Below, one piece after another: positions 1 through 8,351 of a stretch of DNA of 32,314 bases. Made by a program: the position numbers and the translations under genes. The notes beneath the pieces are model-generated. The model was not told the DNA's origin. It worked only from the letters and a program-made list of their open reading frames with translations, and searched no databases. Position 1 is the first letter of the stretch; each line of letters opens with the position of its first letter. The stretch comes from a virus (Duplodnaviria; Caudoviricetes), in IMG/VR virus record IMGVR_UViG_3300004213_000019, positions 1 to 32,314 of that record. The stretch is one strand, 5' to 3'.

Positions 1-383
1 ATGTAGGGAGCGGTCGGGTCGGTCGGGACGTTCCCGTAACCCTCGACGACGACGACGTTATCCAGCAACGCTCTCACCTTGCTCAGAGCGGCATCGGAGT
101 CAGGGGCGTCGATGTGGATCGGGACGGTCACCGTGTAGGCGTGCGTACGCGGCTCCAGATCGATGGACTCCAGGAAGTCGTTGACTTCATCGCACCAGTC
201 ACGGTCGATGGCTTCCTCGATCACGCGGTCGCGCACGAGCTTCTTGTAATCCTTGAGCTTCTCGTCGTCGGGACGCTGCGCATCCTGGAGTTCCATGCGC
301 AGCATCTGGACCGCCTCTACCTTGTCGGCCAGCAGCCGCTTGGTGTTGGTCAGTTCCAGCTCAAGATCTGCCTTAGTCGGCAT
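1..383 (-). CDS. hypothetical protein, 3' end runs off window (MPTKADLELELTNTKRLL...)
   Basis: ATG at 383, frame open to base 1, GC3-rich codons; missing from ORF track because it has no stop in the window. Confidence 0.8.
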   Translation of the reverse strand, partial: MPTKADLELELTNTKRLLADKVEAVQMLRMELQDAQRPDDEKLKDYKKLVRDRVIEEAIDRDWCDEVNDFLESIDLEPRTHAYTVTVPIHIDAPDSDAALSKVRALLDNVVVVEGYGNVPTDPTAPY

Positions 384-413
384 GTTCGTCTCTCATTCTG
401 TGTGTAGGTACGC

Positions 414-441
414 AAAAGGCCCCCTCCCGAAGGAGGGGGCC
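414..441 (-). terminator. intrinsic terminator-like hairpin
   Basis: Perfect 10-bp stem GGCCCCCTCC/GGAGGGGGCC with C(UUCG)G loop followed by UUUU on the minus strand. Confidence 0.85.
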
Positions 442-448
442 ACGATGG

Positions 449-553
449 TCAGAACCCGATGGTAAAGCGGGTGACGACCCTTCCTGCTGTGATGAGCTTG
501 CGCGAGCGTCTGCGGCCTCTCCACCACCGCTTGCACGCCAGCCAGCCGATCAT
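449..553 (-). CDS. small basic protein, 34 aa (MIGWLACKRWWRGRRRSRKLITAGRVVTRFTIGF)
   Basis: AGGAGG RBS just upstream of ATG; fills gap between upstream stop (563) and terminator. Confidence 0.55.
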   Translation of the reverse strand: MIGWLACKRWWRGRRRSRKLITAGRVVTRFTIGF

Positions 554-562
554 GTCGACCTC

Positions 563-958
563 CTATCGGTACTGGAAGCGCAGGTGCCGCAGCAGGCCCA
601 TGCGCTCCAGCTCGCTGGTGGACACCTCGTCTTCTGATCCGGTGGAGATCATGTCGATGAGGCGTTGAAGCTCCTCCGAGCCTCTGGTGACCTTGACGGG
701 TGCGGGCTTGGAGGAGAGCTGGCCCATGCTGTACTTGGCCTCGCTCCAGGTGCTAGCGACTTGGGTCCAGTCGTCAGCCGCGATGCCCTCTCGGAGGACG
801 GTGACAACTCGGATCATCTCCTTGCGGTTGCCGCCGATCTTGCTGCTCTCACGATCCCACTTCGTTGTGGCTTCCTGGAACGCCTGCTCTTCTTCGGCCT
901 TGAGGTTCTCCAGCTTGTTCTGGAGCACGGAGAGCACTGCGCTCTTGGTGTACTTCAT
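563..958 (-). CDS. hypothetical coiled-coil protein, 131 aa
   Basis: Start moved to MKYTK (958), preceded by AGGAG; helical, charged sequence. Confidence 0.75.
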   Translation of the reverse strand: MKYTKSAVLSVLQNKLENLKAEEEQAFQEATTKWDRESSKIGGNRKEMIRVVTVLREGIAADDWTQVASTWSEAKYSMGQLSSKPAPVKVTRGSEELQRLIDMISTGSEDEVSTSELERMGLLRHLRFQYR

Positions 959-965
959 TCGGCTC

Positions 966-1193
966 CTAGTAGGTAGTTGACTCGGGAGTGCGGTCGATGG
1001 TGAAGTCACCGAACCGGCCCCACTCTATGGTGCCTGCGTCTCCTTCCACGCTGACGGCGAACTCTCGCGACGAGAGCTTGGGCTTACAGAATCGGTAGAC
1101 CTGCTCTGCGATGTAGGACTCTGACGAGTCATCGGGGAGTTCGAGAACCGGTACCGAACGGTGACGCCCGATTCTCGAAAATCGAACCTTCAC
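966..1193 (-). CDS. hypothetical protein, 75 aa
   Basis: GTG start with CAGGAG RBS; packs into operon. Confidence 0.7.
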   Translation of the reverse strand: MKVRFSRIGRHRSVPVLELPDDSSESYIAEQVYRFCKPKLSSREFAVSVEGDAGTIEWGRFGDFTIDRTPESTTY

Positions 1194-1209
1194 ATAAACT
1201 CCTGCGGGG

Positions 1210-1515
1210 TCAGGCGGTCAGTTGACCGACGTAGGCGGTGAAGTGGGCTTCTCCTCCAGGGAGGAGCGCAACGTCTCGCTCGAAGCCGAGCGATCCATCG
1301 GGACTCCAGGGTGAGTGCCACTTGGCGTAACGAAAGCCCTTTGCGACCAACTTGTCGTACGTCGCTGCTGCGTCATCGAGGGCCTCCTGATCCGCAGCGA
1401 ACTTGGCCTCATGAGCAAGGTATTCCTCCCTGGACATCAGCCGACCGACGATGGGGACGGTCCGGAACGTGCTGTCCTGAAGATGCGTTGCGGTGACATA
1501 ATCCCCGGCGATCAT
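1210..1515 (-). CDS. hypothetical protein, 101 aa
   Basis: Operon packing, protein-like composition. Confidence 0.65.
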   Translation of the reverse strand: MIAGDYVTATHLQDSTFRTVPIVGRLMSREEYLAHEAKFAADQEALDDAAATYDKLVAKGFRYAKWHSPWSPDGSLGFERDVALLPGGEAHFTAYVGQLTA

Positions 1516-1521
1516 CCCGGA

Positions 1522-1881
1522 TCAGGCGTTGCTGTAGGAGGTGATGTTGGAGAACGTCCATGCGTCATAAGCGTTGAGCGTTACGCAGACGTTCGGGTCT
1601 CGCAACGGGATGACCGGCAGGCCACTGTTGCGCCGAACGTCCGAGTAGGCGTTCACCAGGTACGACTTGATGCCCGACTTGGTTTGGCCGGGCTGGAGGA
1701 TGTAGCGAGTTCCGGTCGGCTTACCACCCGAGCAAGCGCCTGTGTAGACGTTGATCGCGTAGTGCGAGTCGAAGGTGTTGCTCGCCTGGTTGTTCCCGCC
1801 CGCGTGAGCCGGGATCACTCCGGACATCGCCACGATGACGGCCAAAACGCAGGACAGCAGGATGGATTGCAGCTTCTTCAT
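1522..1881 (-). CDS. small secreted protein A (Sec signal peptide, two Cys in mature part)
   Basis: AGGAGG RBS; MKK + hydrophobic stretch + AHA cleavage motif. Confidence 0.8.
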   Translation of the reverse strand: MKKLQSILLSCVLAVIVAMSGVIPAHAGGNNQASNTFDSHYAINVYTGACSGGKPTGTRYILQPGQTKSGIKSYLVNAYSDVRRNSGLPVIPLRDPNVCVTLNAYDAWTFSNITSYSNA

Positions 1882-1890
1882 GTCGTCCTC

Positions 1891-2301
1891 CTAGACGGCA
1901 ACGCGGTTGAGCTGGGTTGAGGTGCCTGAGTAGGCGATGATGTGGTAGCACCCGCCCAGCGGGCCGTACGGGTTCTTTCCGTACCAGCCGTAGGGGTTGT
2001 CGGGTACCCAGTGAGTGCCGCTCGACGGCAGCTCCATTCGGAAGATGGCCTGGAGCTTGGTGGAGTGGTAGCCCCGTGGGCTGTAGCCGCCAGGCTTCAC
2101 GACGACCCGCCCCTTGGAGCAGTTGGCGTCGGTATAGAAGTTGCTGGCGTAGTCCGAGTCGGCACGGACGAAGAACCGGTGGGTGTCTGACGCAGCATGG
2201 GCGTCGGGGACGTTCACCGTGACGCCCGCTACTGCGAGCGGTAGAGCAACGGCTGCTGCTGCGAGCGAACCGGCGATCCTCTTGCGGGTGCTGATCTTCA
2301 C
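1891..2301 (-). CDS. small secreted protein B (signal peptide, two Cys in mature part)
   Basis: GTG at 2301 overlaps upstream stop (GTGA), AGGAG RBS; RKR + hydrophobic + AHA; FYTDANCSKGRVVVKPG resembles a beta/gamma-crystallin-type strand motif. Confidence 0.75.
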   Translation of the reverse strand: MKISTRKRIAGSLAAAAVALPLAVAGVTVNVPDAHAASDTHRFFVRADSDYASNFYTDANCSKGRVVVKPGGYSPRGYHSTKLQAIFRMELPSSGTHWVPDNPYGWYGKNPYGPLGGCYHIIAYSGTSTQLNRVAV

Positions 2302-2504
2302 TGTGTCTCCTGTGGATACTCGACGCTCCAGACTGGATGCGCCAGACGAATGAATGATGGGTCTTCGGTGAACCGGACCAACAGCGAAAAGCCGCGGGTC
2401 CCCGTGATCTTTGCCTCCTTCCCGGCGATTTTGATCAGCATCCCTCGTTTGGCTGGGACACCGTACCACTCGCGGATTCGCTGGATGACTCCCTTCTGAG
2501 CCAT
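2298..2504 (-). CDS. hypothetical protein, 68 aa
   Basis: Tight coupling to both neighbours; IREWYGVPAKRG...HP.W pattern recalled from small phage proteins. Confidence 0.7.
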   Translation of the reverse strand: MAQKGVIQRIREWYGVPAKRGMLIKIAGKEAKITGTRGFSLLVRFTEDPSFIRLAHPVWSVEYPQETQ

Positions 2505-2505
2505 G

Positions 2506-3087
2506 TCAGTCGTACATGCCGTAGTTGTAGCAGGTCTTGACGGTGTGGCCGTGCTGGTGCTTGTTGTGTACTTGGCAGCACCATTCGGAGTCGCACATGT
2601 CGCAGGCGGCTACGTACTCCAACTTGACCGGCTCGATCTTTGGCTGCTCAGCGACCTCTGCCTCGTTGATGGTGCGGAGCAGCGTCTCCTCCTCGGTCTC
2701 CTCCTTGTAGACCTCGACCATCCTCCCGTCTTCTTCGGCGTCACGGTAGTCGCAGCATTCCCACGCGCCATCCTCGTAGCCGTAGTAGATGTCGTCGACG
2801 AGGCACTTCCAGGCGTCCTGGACTCCGACGTACGACTCGTCGATCCAACCGCAGTTGGGGCATTGCGCCCTGGTGTCTTCTCCGGTGCACGCCCTGAACT
2901 GAGCGTTGAAGTCGAAGTCGACGGGGAAGGAGTCGTTCTCGCTGTACTCCTGGAGCGTCTCGACCAGGTTGTCGACCGGGTAGAAGTTCTTCTCCTGGTA
3001 GGTCTCGCCTTCGTAGTACTCCTCGCAGTTGGAGCAGTACAGCACGTTCTCGATGCGCTGTACGCGCTCCACAGAGACCAGAGTCAT
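2506..3087 (-). CDS. acidic Cys-rich putative zinc-binding protein, 193 aa
   Basis: CSNC, CPNC, CDMC, CC..H.KH.HGH...C motifs; ATGA overlap with upstream gene. Confidence 0.75.
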   Translation of the reverse strand: MTLVSVERVQRIENVLYCSNCEEYYEGETYQEKNFYPVDNLVETLQEYSENDSFPVDFDFNAQFRACTGEDTRAQCPNCGWIDESYVGVQDAWKCLVDDIYYGYEDGAWECCDYRDAEEDGRMVEVYKEETEEETLLRTINEAEVAEQPKIEPVKLEYVAACDMCDSEWCCQVHNKHQHGHTVKTCYNYGMYD

Positions 3088-3245
3088 GCTGGGCTCACTC
3101 TGGCCAGCACCGCTGCTGCAACGCTGCGCAGGGCGTGTTGTACGGCTCTCTCGACCTCGTTTCCGGCCTCCCCGAACAGGACACGGAGTGCGGAGACAGC
3201 GTACGGGCGGGCAGCCACAGCGGCCCGCGTGATCAGGTGCTTCAT
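3084..3245 (-). CDS. hypothetical protein, 53 aa (MKHLITRAAV...)
   Basis: GAGGA RBS before ATG 3245; stop overlaps next start. Confidence 0.6.
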   Translation of the reverse strand: MKHLITRAAVAARPYAVSALRVLFGEAGNEVERAVQHALRSVAAAVLARVSPA

Positions 3246-3276
3246 TGGGTTCCTCAGATCTTGTGTAGAACGGCAG

Positions 3277-3318
3277 AAAGGCCCAAAGGGGGCCACCCGA
3301 AGGTGACCCCCGATGGGC
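3277..3318 (-). terminator. intrinsic terminator-like hairpin
   Basis: GGGGGTCACC-TTCG-GGTGGCCCCC inner stem, GCCCA/TGGGC outer stem, then U-rich tail on minus strand. Confidence 0.8.
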
Positions 3319-3351
3319 TACTTGCTACATCTCCTCGGGGGAGGAAATGCC

Positions 3352-4950
3352 TCAGCGACCGGGACGGACCTGGAGCGGCCAGGTCGTGCCGCCACCGAAG
3401 TAGGACGACACGTCGATGTTCACGTCCTCCGACAGCGTGGCGACGACCGCCTTGCGGAACTCCGGACCCTGGAGCAGAGCCTTGACCAGCACGCTCTCCA
3501 CCGTGGGCTCGTCCTCCACCTTGGTGGCCGACATCGCCGTGTGCAGGTCGTTCTGCGCCTTCTTGCTCCGAGCCGCGCTCACCAGGTCGGACGTGCTGAG
3601 CTTGATGCCCGCCTGGTGGTTGCGGGTCAGGCTGACCTGACGCGCCTTCTCGAAGGTCGACCGGATGAAGGCCGGACCGTAGTCCTTGACCTCGGCCCAC
3701 ACCGCGTCGTAGTCGATGTCGGTGTCGAGCTGGTCACCGAGCACCTTCTGGAGCATCAGCTCGATGGCCGCACGGTCCAGGAAGCCGATCTCGATCTGGC
3801 TGGTGAGCCGCTGAGCACGCGTCATCGCCGGGTCGATCCGCTCGATGAAGTTGGTGGTCAGCACGAAGGAGACCTCGGACCGCTTGTCCGCGCCGTCGAA
3901 CAGGTTGGTCAGCGTGGACCGGCGAGCCGCCGTCATCTTCTCGTCGAAGAACTTGTCGAAGTCCTCGATGATGACGATGGACCGGCTGTACATCTTGGCC
4001 ACGTTGACCACGCGGATCAGCTCGTTCAGCGAGTCGGCCCCGGTGGGCTTGAACTCGATGGTGGTCACGCCGTACTGCTGCGCCAGCACCGAGGTGGCGA
4101 TGGTCGCCGCCGACTTGCCGGTGCCGAGCGGACCCCAGACCAGGGCCTTGAAGGTGGTGTCCATCCCGTTGGCCACCAGCAGGTCGTGGTCGGTGATCAG
4201 GCCGAACACATCGTCGGTGAGGCGCTCCTTGACCTCATCGGTGTAGACGATGGTCGGGTCGAGCTGACGGCTGACGTGCTTGAGGGTGAAGGACCCCCGG
4301 TTGTCGGCCTCGTAGGACAGCACCTTGCCCTTGTAGATGGAGTTGGTGCGCAGCTCGTCCTCCACCATCAGGAAGAGCCCGTCGATGGCTGCCTGGTTCT
4401 TCACCAGCGAGGTGATGTTGAGGACGAACAGCCCCGTCATCTCCGCGTTGGCCCAGACGCCGACCTCGATGGTCGCGTCGAGCGGCTCGAAGTCGAACTC
4501 CGTCATCAGCACGTTCTCGGTGATCTCGCGCCCGAACTGGTCCAGGCCGACCACGACCGGCGTCTTGACGGGCGGGTGCTCGCCACCGAACATGTCGAAC
4601 CGGGTGTTGCCGATGCCGGTGGAGCCGTAGACCCGGTTGAAGATGCGGGTCAGGGCCACAGCGCCGTCCTCCACACGAGCGTTGTACTGCTTCATGTAGA
4701 CGGTCTTCTTCTGCTGGTTGGCCTCGTACTCCATCAGCGTCTTGGCCCCCTTGGTGGGGGTCATCGAGCCCGGCAGCGAGATCTTGTTCGCCGGGTCCTG
4801 GTGGCGCAGGATCGGGGACTCGTTGTTGATCGTCTTGTCCGCGTACGCCGCGAGCTGGTCCAGGACCGACTCCTTGCGGGCGGTCTGGCGCTCGTGCTCG
4901 CGCAGGGCCTCGGCGGTAGCAGCGGCGTCGATGTTGGTGTTCTGAGCCAT
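3352..4950 (-). CDS. AAA+ family ATPase, 532 aa
   Basis: Walker A GPLGTGKS, Walker B IVIIEDFD, sensor/SRH LTTNFIERIDPAMTRAQRL; start MAQNTN with GAGGA RBS. Confidence 0.9.
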   Translation of the reverse strand: MAQNTNIDAAATAEALREHERQTARKESVLDQLAAYADKTINNESPILRHQDPANKISLPGSMTPTKGAKTLMEYEANQQKKTVYMKQYNARVEDGAVALTRIFNRVYGSTGIGNTRFDMFGGEHPPVKTPVVVGLDQFGREITENVLMTEFDFEPLDATIEVGVWANAEMTGLFVLNITSLVKNQAAIDGLFLMVEDELRTNSIYKGKVLSYEADNRGSFTLKHVSRQLDPTIVYTDEVKERLTDDVFGLITDHDLLVANGMDTTFKALVWGPLGTGKSAATIATSVLAQQYGVTTIEFKPTGADSLNELIRVVNVAKMYSRSIVIIEDFDKFFDEKMTAARRSTLTNLFDGADKRSEVSFVLTTNFIERIDPAMTRAQRLTSQIEIGFLDRAAIELMLQKVLGDQLDTDIDYDAVWAEVKDYGPAFIRSTFEKARQVSLTRNHQAGIKLSTSDLVSAARSKKAQNDLHTAMSATKVEDEPTVESVLVKALLQGPEFRKAVVATLSEDVNIDVSSYFGGGTTWPLQVRPGR

Positions 4951-5017
4951 GATGGTGGTTTCCTCTTCGTGTGTGTGTGGTTGGTTGGTCGTTCGGTCGT
5001 GCTGGTCTCGCATGGTC

Positions 5018-5509
5018 TTACTGGGTCCAGACTGCTGTCTGAACCATGGCAGTCTGCTCATCGGGAGCAGGCTGGTCCCAGTTCCACTGGTAGGAACCGG
5101 GGGTCATGATGCCCACCTGGAACTTCTCGGGGGTGAACCCGAAGAGGGCGTTGTACTCGAAGGAGTGGATCAGGTCGTCGGAGACGTAGACCTTTTCACA
5201 GGAGAAGGAGACCGCATCGATCTCCTTCACATCTGCTCCTGAACGGATGGTGCTGATCACCTGAGCGATCAGGGCGTTCCAGCCGCCCATCTCGTCGGCG
5301 TCGTCGTACCAGCGGATGCCCTTGAGGCGGCACCGGTACATCTCCTTGTAGCCGTCAGTGGAGACGTAGACGCTTGCGTCTGACTCCCCCAACTGCGGGC
5401 CACCAAGGACCACCAGCCCCGCCGCGTCCATGTGCGAGGCGAGGTCTTTCGGCTTGTGGTCGAATCGGTCCAGGATCAGCGAATGGACGATCATCCCTTC
5501 CAGTTTCAT
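5018..5509 (-). CDS. hypothetical protein, 163 aa
   Basis: ATGA overlap with upstream gene, GC3 bias. Confidence 0.75.
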   Translation of the reverse strand: MKLEGMIVHSLILDRFDHKPKDLASHMDAAGLVVLGGPQLGESDASVYVSTDGYKEMYRCRLKGIRWYDDADEMGGWNALIAQVISTIRSGADVKEIDAVSFSCEKVYVSDDLIHSFEYNALFGFTPEKFQVGIMTPGSYQWNWDQPAPDEQTAMVQTAVWTQ

Positions 5510-5757
5510 TGCAGCTCTCCGTCCTCACTGGTGAGGAAGAAAGGCTCCTCGGGTGTGTCTTGCCGGGGACGCACGGTCGCCGTGTGCGTCTGCTCTCCTT
5601 CGTCGTTGTAGATGCCGATCTGCACCGTCGCATCGAGCCCGTTGAAGGCCCGCTGAATGTTCTCGACGGCGTACCTGGTCTGTCGTTCCAGCGTCGCTGG
5701 ACTGGTGGTGGAGACCGCGACCCTCACGTAGAGGACCTCGGTCTCAAGTGCTGGCAT
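5506..5757 (-). CDS. hypothetical protein, 83 aa
   Basis: GGAAGG RBS, operon packing. Confidence 0.7.
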   Translation of the reverse strand: MPALETEVLYVRVAVSTTSPATLERQTRYAVENIQRAFNGLDATVQIGIYNDEGEQTHTATVRPRQDTPEEPFFLTSEDGELQ

Positions 5758-5761
5758 ACGC

Positions 5762-6730
5762 TTAACCTTCCTTGTTGGAGGCCATCTCAGTGGCCGTGGT
5801 CCAGCCCTTCAGGACCAGCGCCCAGTTGTCGTCCGAGACCTGGTGGGTCTGGGCGATCCAGGGACGCAGGGACTCCTTCAGGATGACTCCCGCCTCTTCG
5901 GCGGAAAACTCGTTCACCACGGCGCTGCGGAGCCACTCACCGCAACGCTCGGGGAAGCGCTCAACGTCGTACTCGCCGCTGTTGAGCTTGTCGTCCAGCA
6001 GACGCACGTACACCGCCGACACCGAGGAGGCGTCGACGGCGTTCTCGCGGGCCATCTTCTTCAGCGCGAGCACCTGCTCGTCGTAGTACTTGGCACCGGC
6101 CAGCCGGACGTTGGAGTCACGGAACCAGTGCAGCAGGCGGTGGTAGCGAGCCGCCGCCGTCTCGTACTTGTCGATGCGCTTCTCGTGCGCCCCGCAAAAC
6201 TCCCACTCGGGGTCGTTCTCGTAGGACTGCACATGCGCGGCGGCTTCCTCGGGGGTGTAGAGGATCGAGCCACCGGCATCGGGGTTGACCGCGTTCCCGG
6301 TGTGGATGCGGTCGTGGTCGGGGTGCTCAGCGGTGAAGGCGTCGAATTTCTTGGCCTGGACGTTGTAGCGCCAGTAGGACGCCGCCAGCGGAACCACGAC
6401 GAGGACCTTGCGGATCTGCTTGGCCTCGTACTCGGCAGCCCTCAGCGGGTAGGAGAGGTTCTTCAGGAGCCGCCGACGCAGGCCCCTGATGGGGGCTGAG
6501 GACTCCATGAAGCCCTTGGGGTCCCGATCCCTGTGCATCTGCTCCGCAGCCTCCTGGAAGGCGTTGTCCTTGGCCTGGAGGCGAACGGTGGAGAAGACCA
6601 CCCCGATGGCGATCTGCGTGCCGCCTACCCTAAGGAGGCTGCGCGTCACCGGGGAGGTGGCGATGGTCACGACTGCGGGGGCGACCCGAACGGCGGCGGT
6701 AACGACGTGGGTGAGTGCTGCTGCGAACAT
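5762..6730 (-). CDS. hypothetical protein with hydrophobic N-terminus, 322 aa
   Basis: Start MFAAAL with AGGA RBS; strong GC3 bias. Confidence 0.75.
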   Translation of the reverse strand: MFAAALTHVVTAAVRVAPAVVTIATSPVTRSLLRVGGTQIAIGVVFSTVRLQAKDNAFQEAAEQMHRDRDPKGFMESSAPIRGLRRRLLKNLSYPLRAAEYEAKQIRKVLVVVPLAASYWRYNVQAKKFDAFTAEHPDHDRIHTGNAVNPDAGGSILYTPEEAAAHVQSYENDPEWEFCGAHEKRIDKYETAAARYHRLLHWFRDSNVRLAGAKYYDEQVLALKKMARENAVDASSVSAVYVRLLDDKLNSGEYDVERFPERCGEWLRSAVVNEFSAEEAGVILKESLRPWIAQTHQVSDDNWALVLKGWTTATEMASNKEG

Positions 6731-6789
6731 GATTCCTGCTTTCGTCTGTTGGTTCGTGAGTGTGGGTACTGCGGGTCTTGCGGTTGGAA

Positions 6790-7479
6790 CTAGCGGCCGG
6801 AGGTGTTGCCGTGGTCGAAGGGGGTCTCCCACCACTCGTTGAAGTAGGTGTCGAGGAGGGTCTCGGTCACGTCGGCCACCCAGTAGAGCCAGTGGTTCAT
6901 CATCTCCTTGGTGATCGAGTCAACCTCGCCACCCGCGTCGTCGACGAACTTCACGAAGTCGTTGACGCCGGTCTCGTGGCTGGCGCGGATCACCAGAGCG
7001 CCGGTCTCGGGCTTGCTGTGACCCTCGGAGTTGGCGAAGGTGACGATCTCGTCGTACATCTGTCCCCGCGTCCGCAGGTACACCTCGCTCATCGCCAGCG
7101 AGCAGTACGCGAGCTTCTTGGCCGTCTCCTTGTCGGCCCCCTCCTCCTTGAGGTGCCAGATGAGGTGCCACAGCCCCGTGCCGACCGCGTTGCGCTCGAC
7201 GGCGAAGAGCTTCCTCAGCCGGGTGACGAAGGCCAGGTACTCGTCCTTGAGGGGCGACTGGACCTCCTCGGGGTTCTCCACCGCCCGGTTGAGCAACCCG
7301 GCGAGCGAGTCCTCCAGGTTGGCCGGTGCGCCTTCAGGGGCTCCCAGGCGGGAGACGTAGACCTGAGGGCCACCGGCACGCGGGTTGTTGATGTCGATGC
7401 CGAGGACTTCCTTGAGCATCTTGGCTACCTCGTCGGGTACTTCCGAACCCTCGGGGGTGTTGAATTCGTTGTCTGACAT
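6790..7479 (-). CDS. hypothetical helical protein, 229 aa
   Basis: GAAAGG RBS, GC3 bias. Confidence 0.8.
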   Translation of the reverse strand: MSDNEFNTPEGSEVPDEVAKMLKEVLGIDINNPRAGGPQVYVSRLGAPEGAPANLEDSLAGLLNRAVENPEEVQSPLKDEYLAFVTRLRKLFAVERNAVGTGLWHLIWHLKEEGADKETAKKLAYCSLAMSEVYLRTRGQMYDEIVTFANSEGHSKPETGALVIRASHETGVNDFVKFVDDAGGEVDSITKEMMNHWLYWVADVTETLLDTYFNEWWETPFDHGNTSGR

Positions 7480-7518
7480 GTCGTGCCTTTCGTTCGTTCG
7501 TGGGTGTGTGGGTACAGC

Positions 7519-7555
7519 AAACAGCCCCTGAGCCGGGGAAGCGACTCAGGGGCTG
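7519..7555 (-). terminator. intrinsic terminator-like hairpin
   Basis: 11-bp stem CAGCCCCTGAG/CTCAGGGGCTG followed by UUU, just after stop at 7562. Confidence 0.75.
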
Positions 7556-7561
7556 GTCTTG

Positions 7562-8320
7562 CTAGCTGTTGTAGCGGAAACCGCGCTTGTTGAGGTTGAG
7601 ACGGTCCATCCGCACACCGTCAGCCTCGGTGGCACCACAGGCGCAATTCGAGACGCCCGAATCGCAGAAGCCGCCGTCTCTCAGCTTGGCCTTGAACTCC
7701 TTGTCGGTCAGGCCGTCGATCTTCTCGCCGTCCTCGACCGGCTGTGCAGGCCGCGACTGCTCCGCTGCGGCGATCAGCTCGTCGAGGAGCGTGATCATCA
7801 TCGGGCCGTCGTTGGCCCCACCGAAGAGGTCGACCTCCCCATGGGTCGGAGACTTGACCAAGGACGACGGCAGCCCCAGGACCTTCAGGGCGACCTGGGA
7901 GATCGTCTGGACCTTGCCCTTGTAGTCCACCAGGTCCGAGGTGATCCGGACCGCGCCGCTGTTGATCGTGGTGAAACCAGCAGCGCAGTAGCTGGTCTTG
8001 CAGACGCCCTCGCGGGTGGCGAGAACCCGACGCCGCTCCTGATGCTCGGCCAAGGCGCGCTCCTCGTAGCGGGTCTCGTAGCCGTTGTCCTTGCCTTGCT
8101 TGATCGAGCGCTCCAGATCTTTGATCGACCTGTCGATCTTCTCGATCTCGATGTCGGGCGGCAGTTCGCGGGAGGACCAGACCCCCTGGTTCCAGCGCCT
8201 CAGCGCCGCGTCGTCGATCTTCATCTCGGTGTCGATGAAGTCCCGCAGACTCTTCAGCTTCTCGACGTTGAGCAGCTCGGGGTTGGCGACCCGAGCGGGA
8301 GTGATGGTGCGTGTGGACAT
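7562..8320 (-). CDS. hypothetical protein, 252 aa (WxQxxW ... CxTxxCxAG motif type)
   Basis: Start MSTRTI; WNQGVW and CKTSYCAAGF motifs, C-terminal C....CAC. Confidence 0.8.
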   Translation of the reverse strand: MSTRTITPARVANPELLNVEKLKSLRDFIDTEMKIDDAALRRWNQGVWSSRELPPDIEIEKIDRSIKDLERSIKQGKDNGYETRYEERALAEHQERRRVLATREGVCKTSYCAAGFTTINSGAVRITSDLVDYKGKVQTISQVALKVLGLPSSLVKSPTHGEVDLFGGANDGPMMITLLDELIAAAEQSRPAQPVEDGEKIDGLTDKEFKAKLRDGGFCDSGVSNCACGATEADGVRMDRLNLNKRGFRYNS

Positions 8321-8351
8321 GTGTTGCTTCTCTCTGTGAGTGTGGTGTGAA

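Noticed and set aside
3325-3354. Stop-codon readthrough or recoding at the AAA ATPase TGA
   Set aside because: Only 8 more codons follow before a TAG, and TGA is used as a normal coupled stop throughout the window.
3313-5109. 598-aa plus-strand ORF and similar long antisense ORFs (e.g. 20184-21536, 29683-30924, 10590-11720)
   Set aside because: Antisense shadows of GC3-rich genes; no motifs or RBS, and the opposite strand has clear protein motifs or operon packing.
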